A stretch of DNA of 64,000 bases from Ionaspis alba. Its lineage: Eukaryota. The position numbers and the translations under genes were made by a program. The DNA is taken from positions 1 to 64,000 of the forward strand of contig CAXUUL010000008.1 of NCBI GenBank assembly GCA_964255285.1. Reading direction: 5' to 3'. Shown piece after piece: positions 63,935 to 64,000 of this stretch (positions within the stretch are counted from its first letter, which is position 1; each line of letters starts with the position of its first letter). The notes beneath the pieces are model-generated. The model was not told where the DNA came from. It was given only the letters and a program-made list of their open reading frames with translations, and searched no databases.

Positions 63935-64000
63935 AGGCTTGATTCGGGAGACTGCGGGGGAGTCTGCCCAGATGTGCACAAGGACATAGGTGTGGAGGTG

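Overview
This is eukaryotic DNA from a filamentous ascomycete (Pezizomycotina). Short GT-AG introns with CTRAY-type branch points and the gene set support that; finer taxonomy cannot be fixed from the window. It is a gene-dense, mostly housekeeping region with about 19 intron-containing or intronless genes. In order: Lte1-like RasGEF, a Cys-rich orphan, M13 metallopeptidase, ankyrin/DIL protein, allantoicase, cytochrome b561, PAS hybrid histidine kinase, HymA/Mo25, Rmt3, OGFr-domain protein, MDR reductase, TBC Rab-GAP, MFS transporter, topoisomerase II, Xbp1-like APSES factor, reticulon, Med4, Ncs1, TM9/Emp70 and an E2 enzyme. There are two decayed genes (a flavin monooxygenase, and a BTB/POZ gene invisible in the ORF track) and one 100-N scaffold gap with a duplicated flank. 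The most notable signals are at the splicing level. The reticulon gene has two tandem donor-interrupted intron-within-intron structures ([D5,6] stwintrons) flanking a 72-nt skippable exon that looks like a duplicated unit. NCS1 has a 605-nt first intron almost completely filled by a same-strand open reading frame. No tRNA, rRNA, CRISPR, intact transposon or PKS/NRPS cluster was recognised. All exon boundaries were inferred by eye and no database searches were run.
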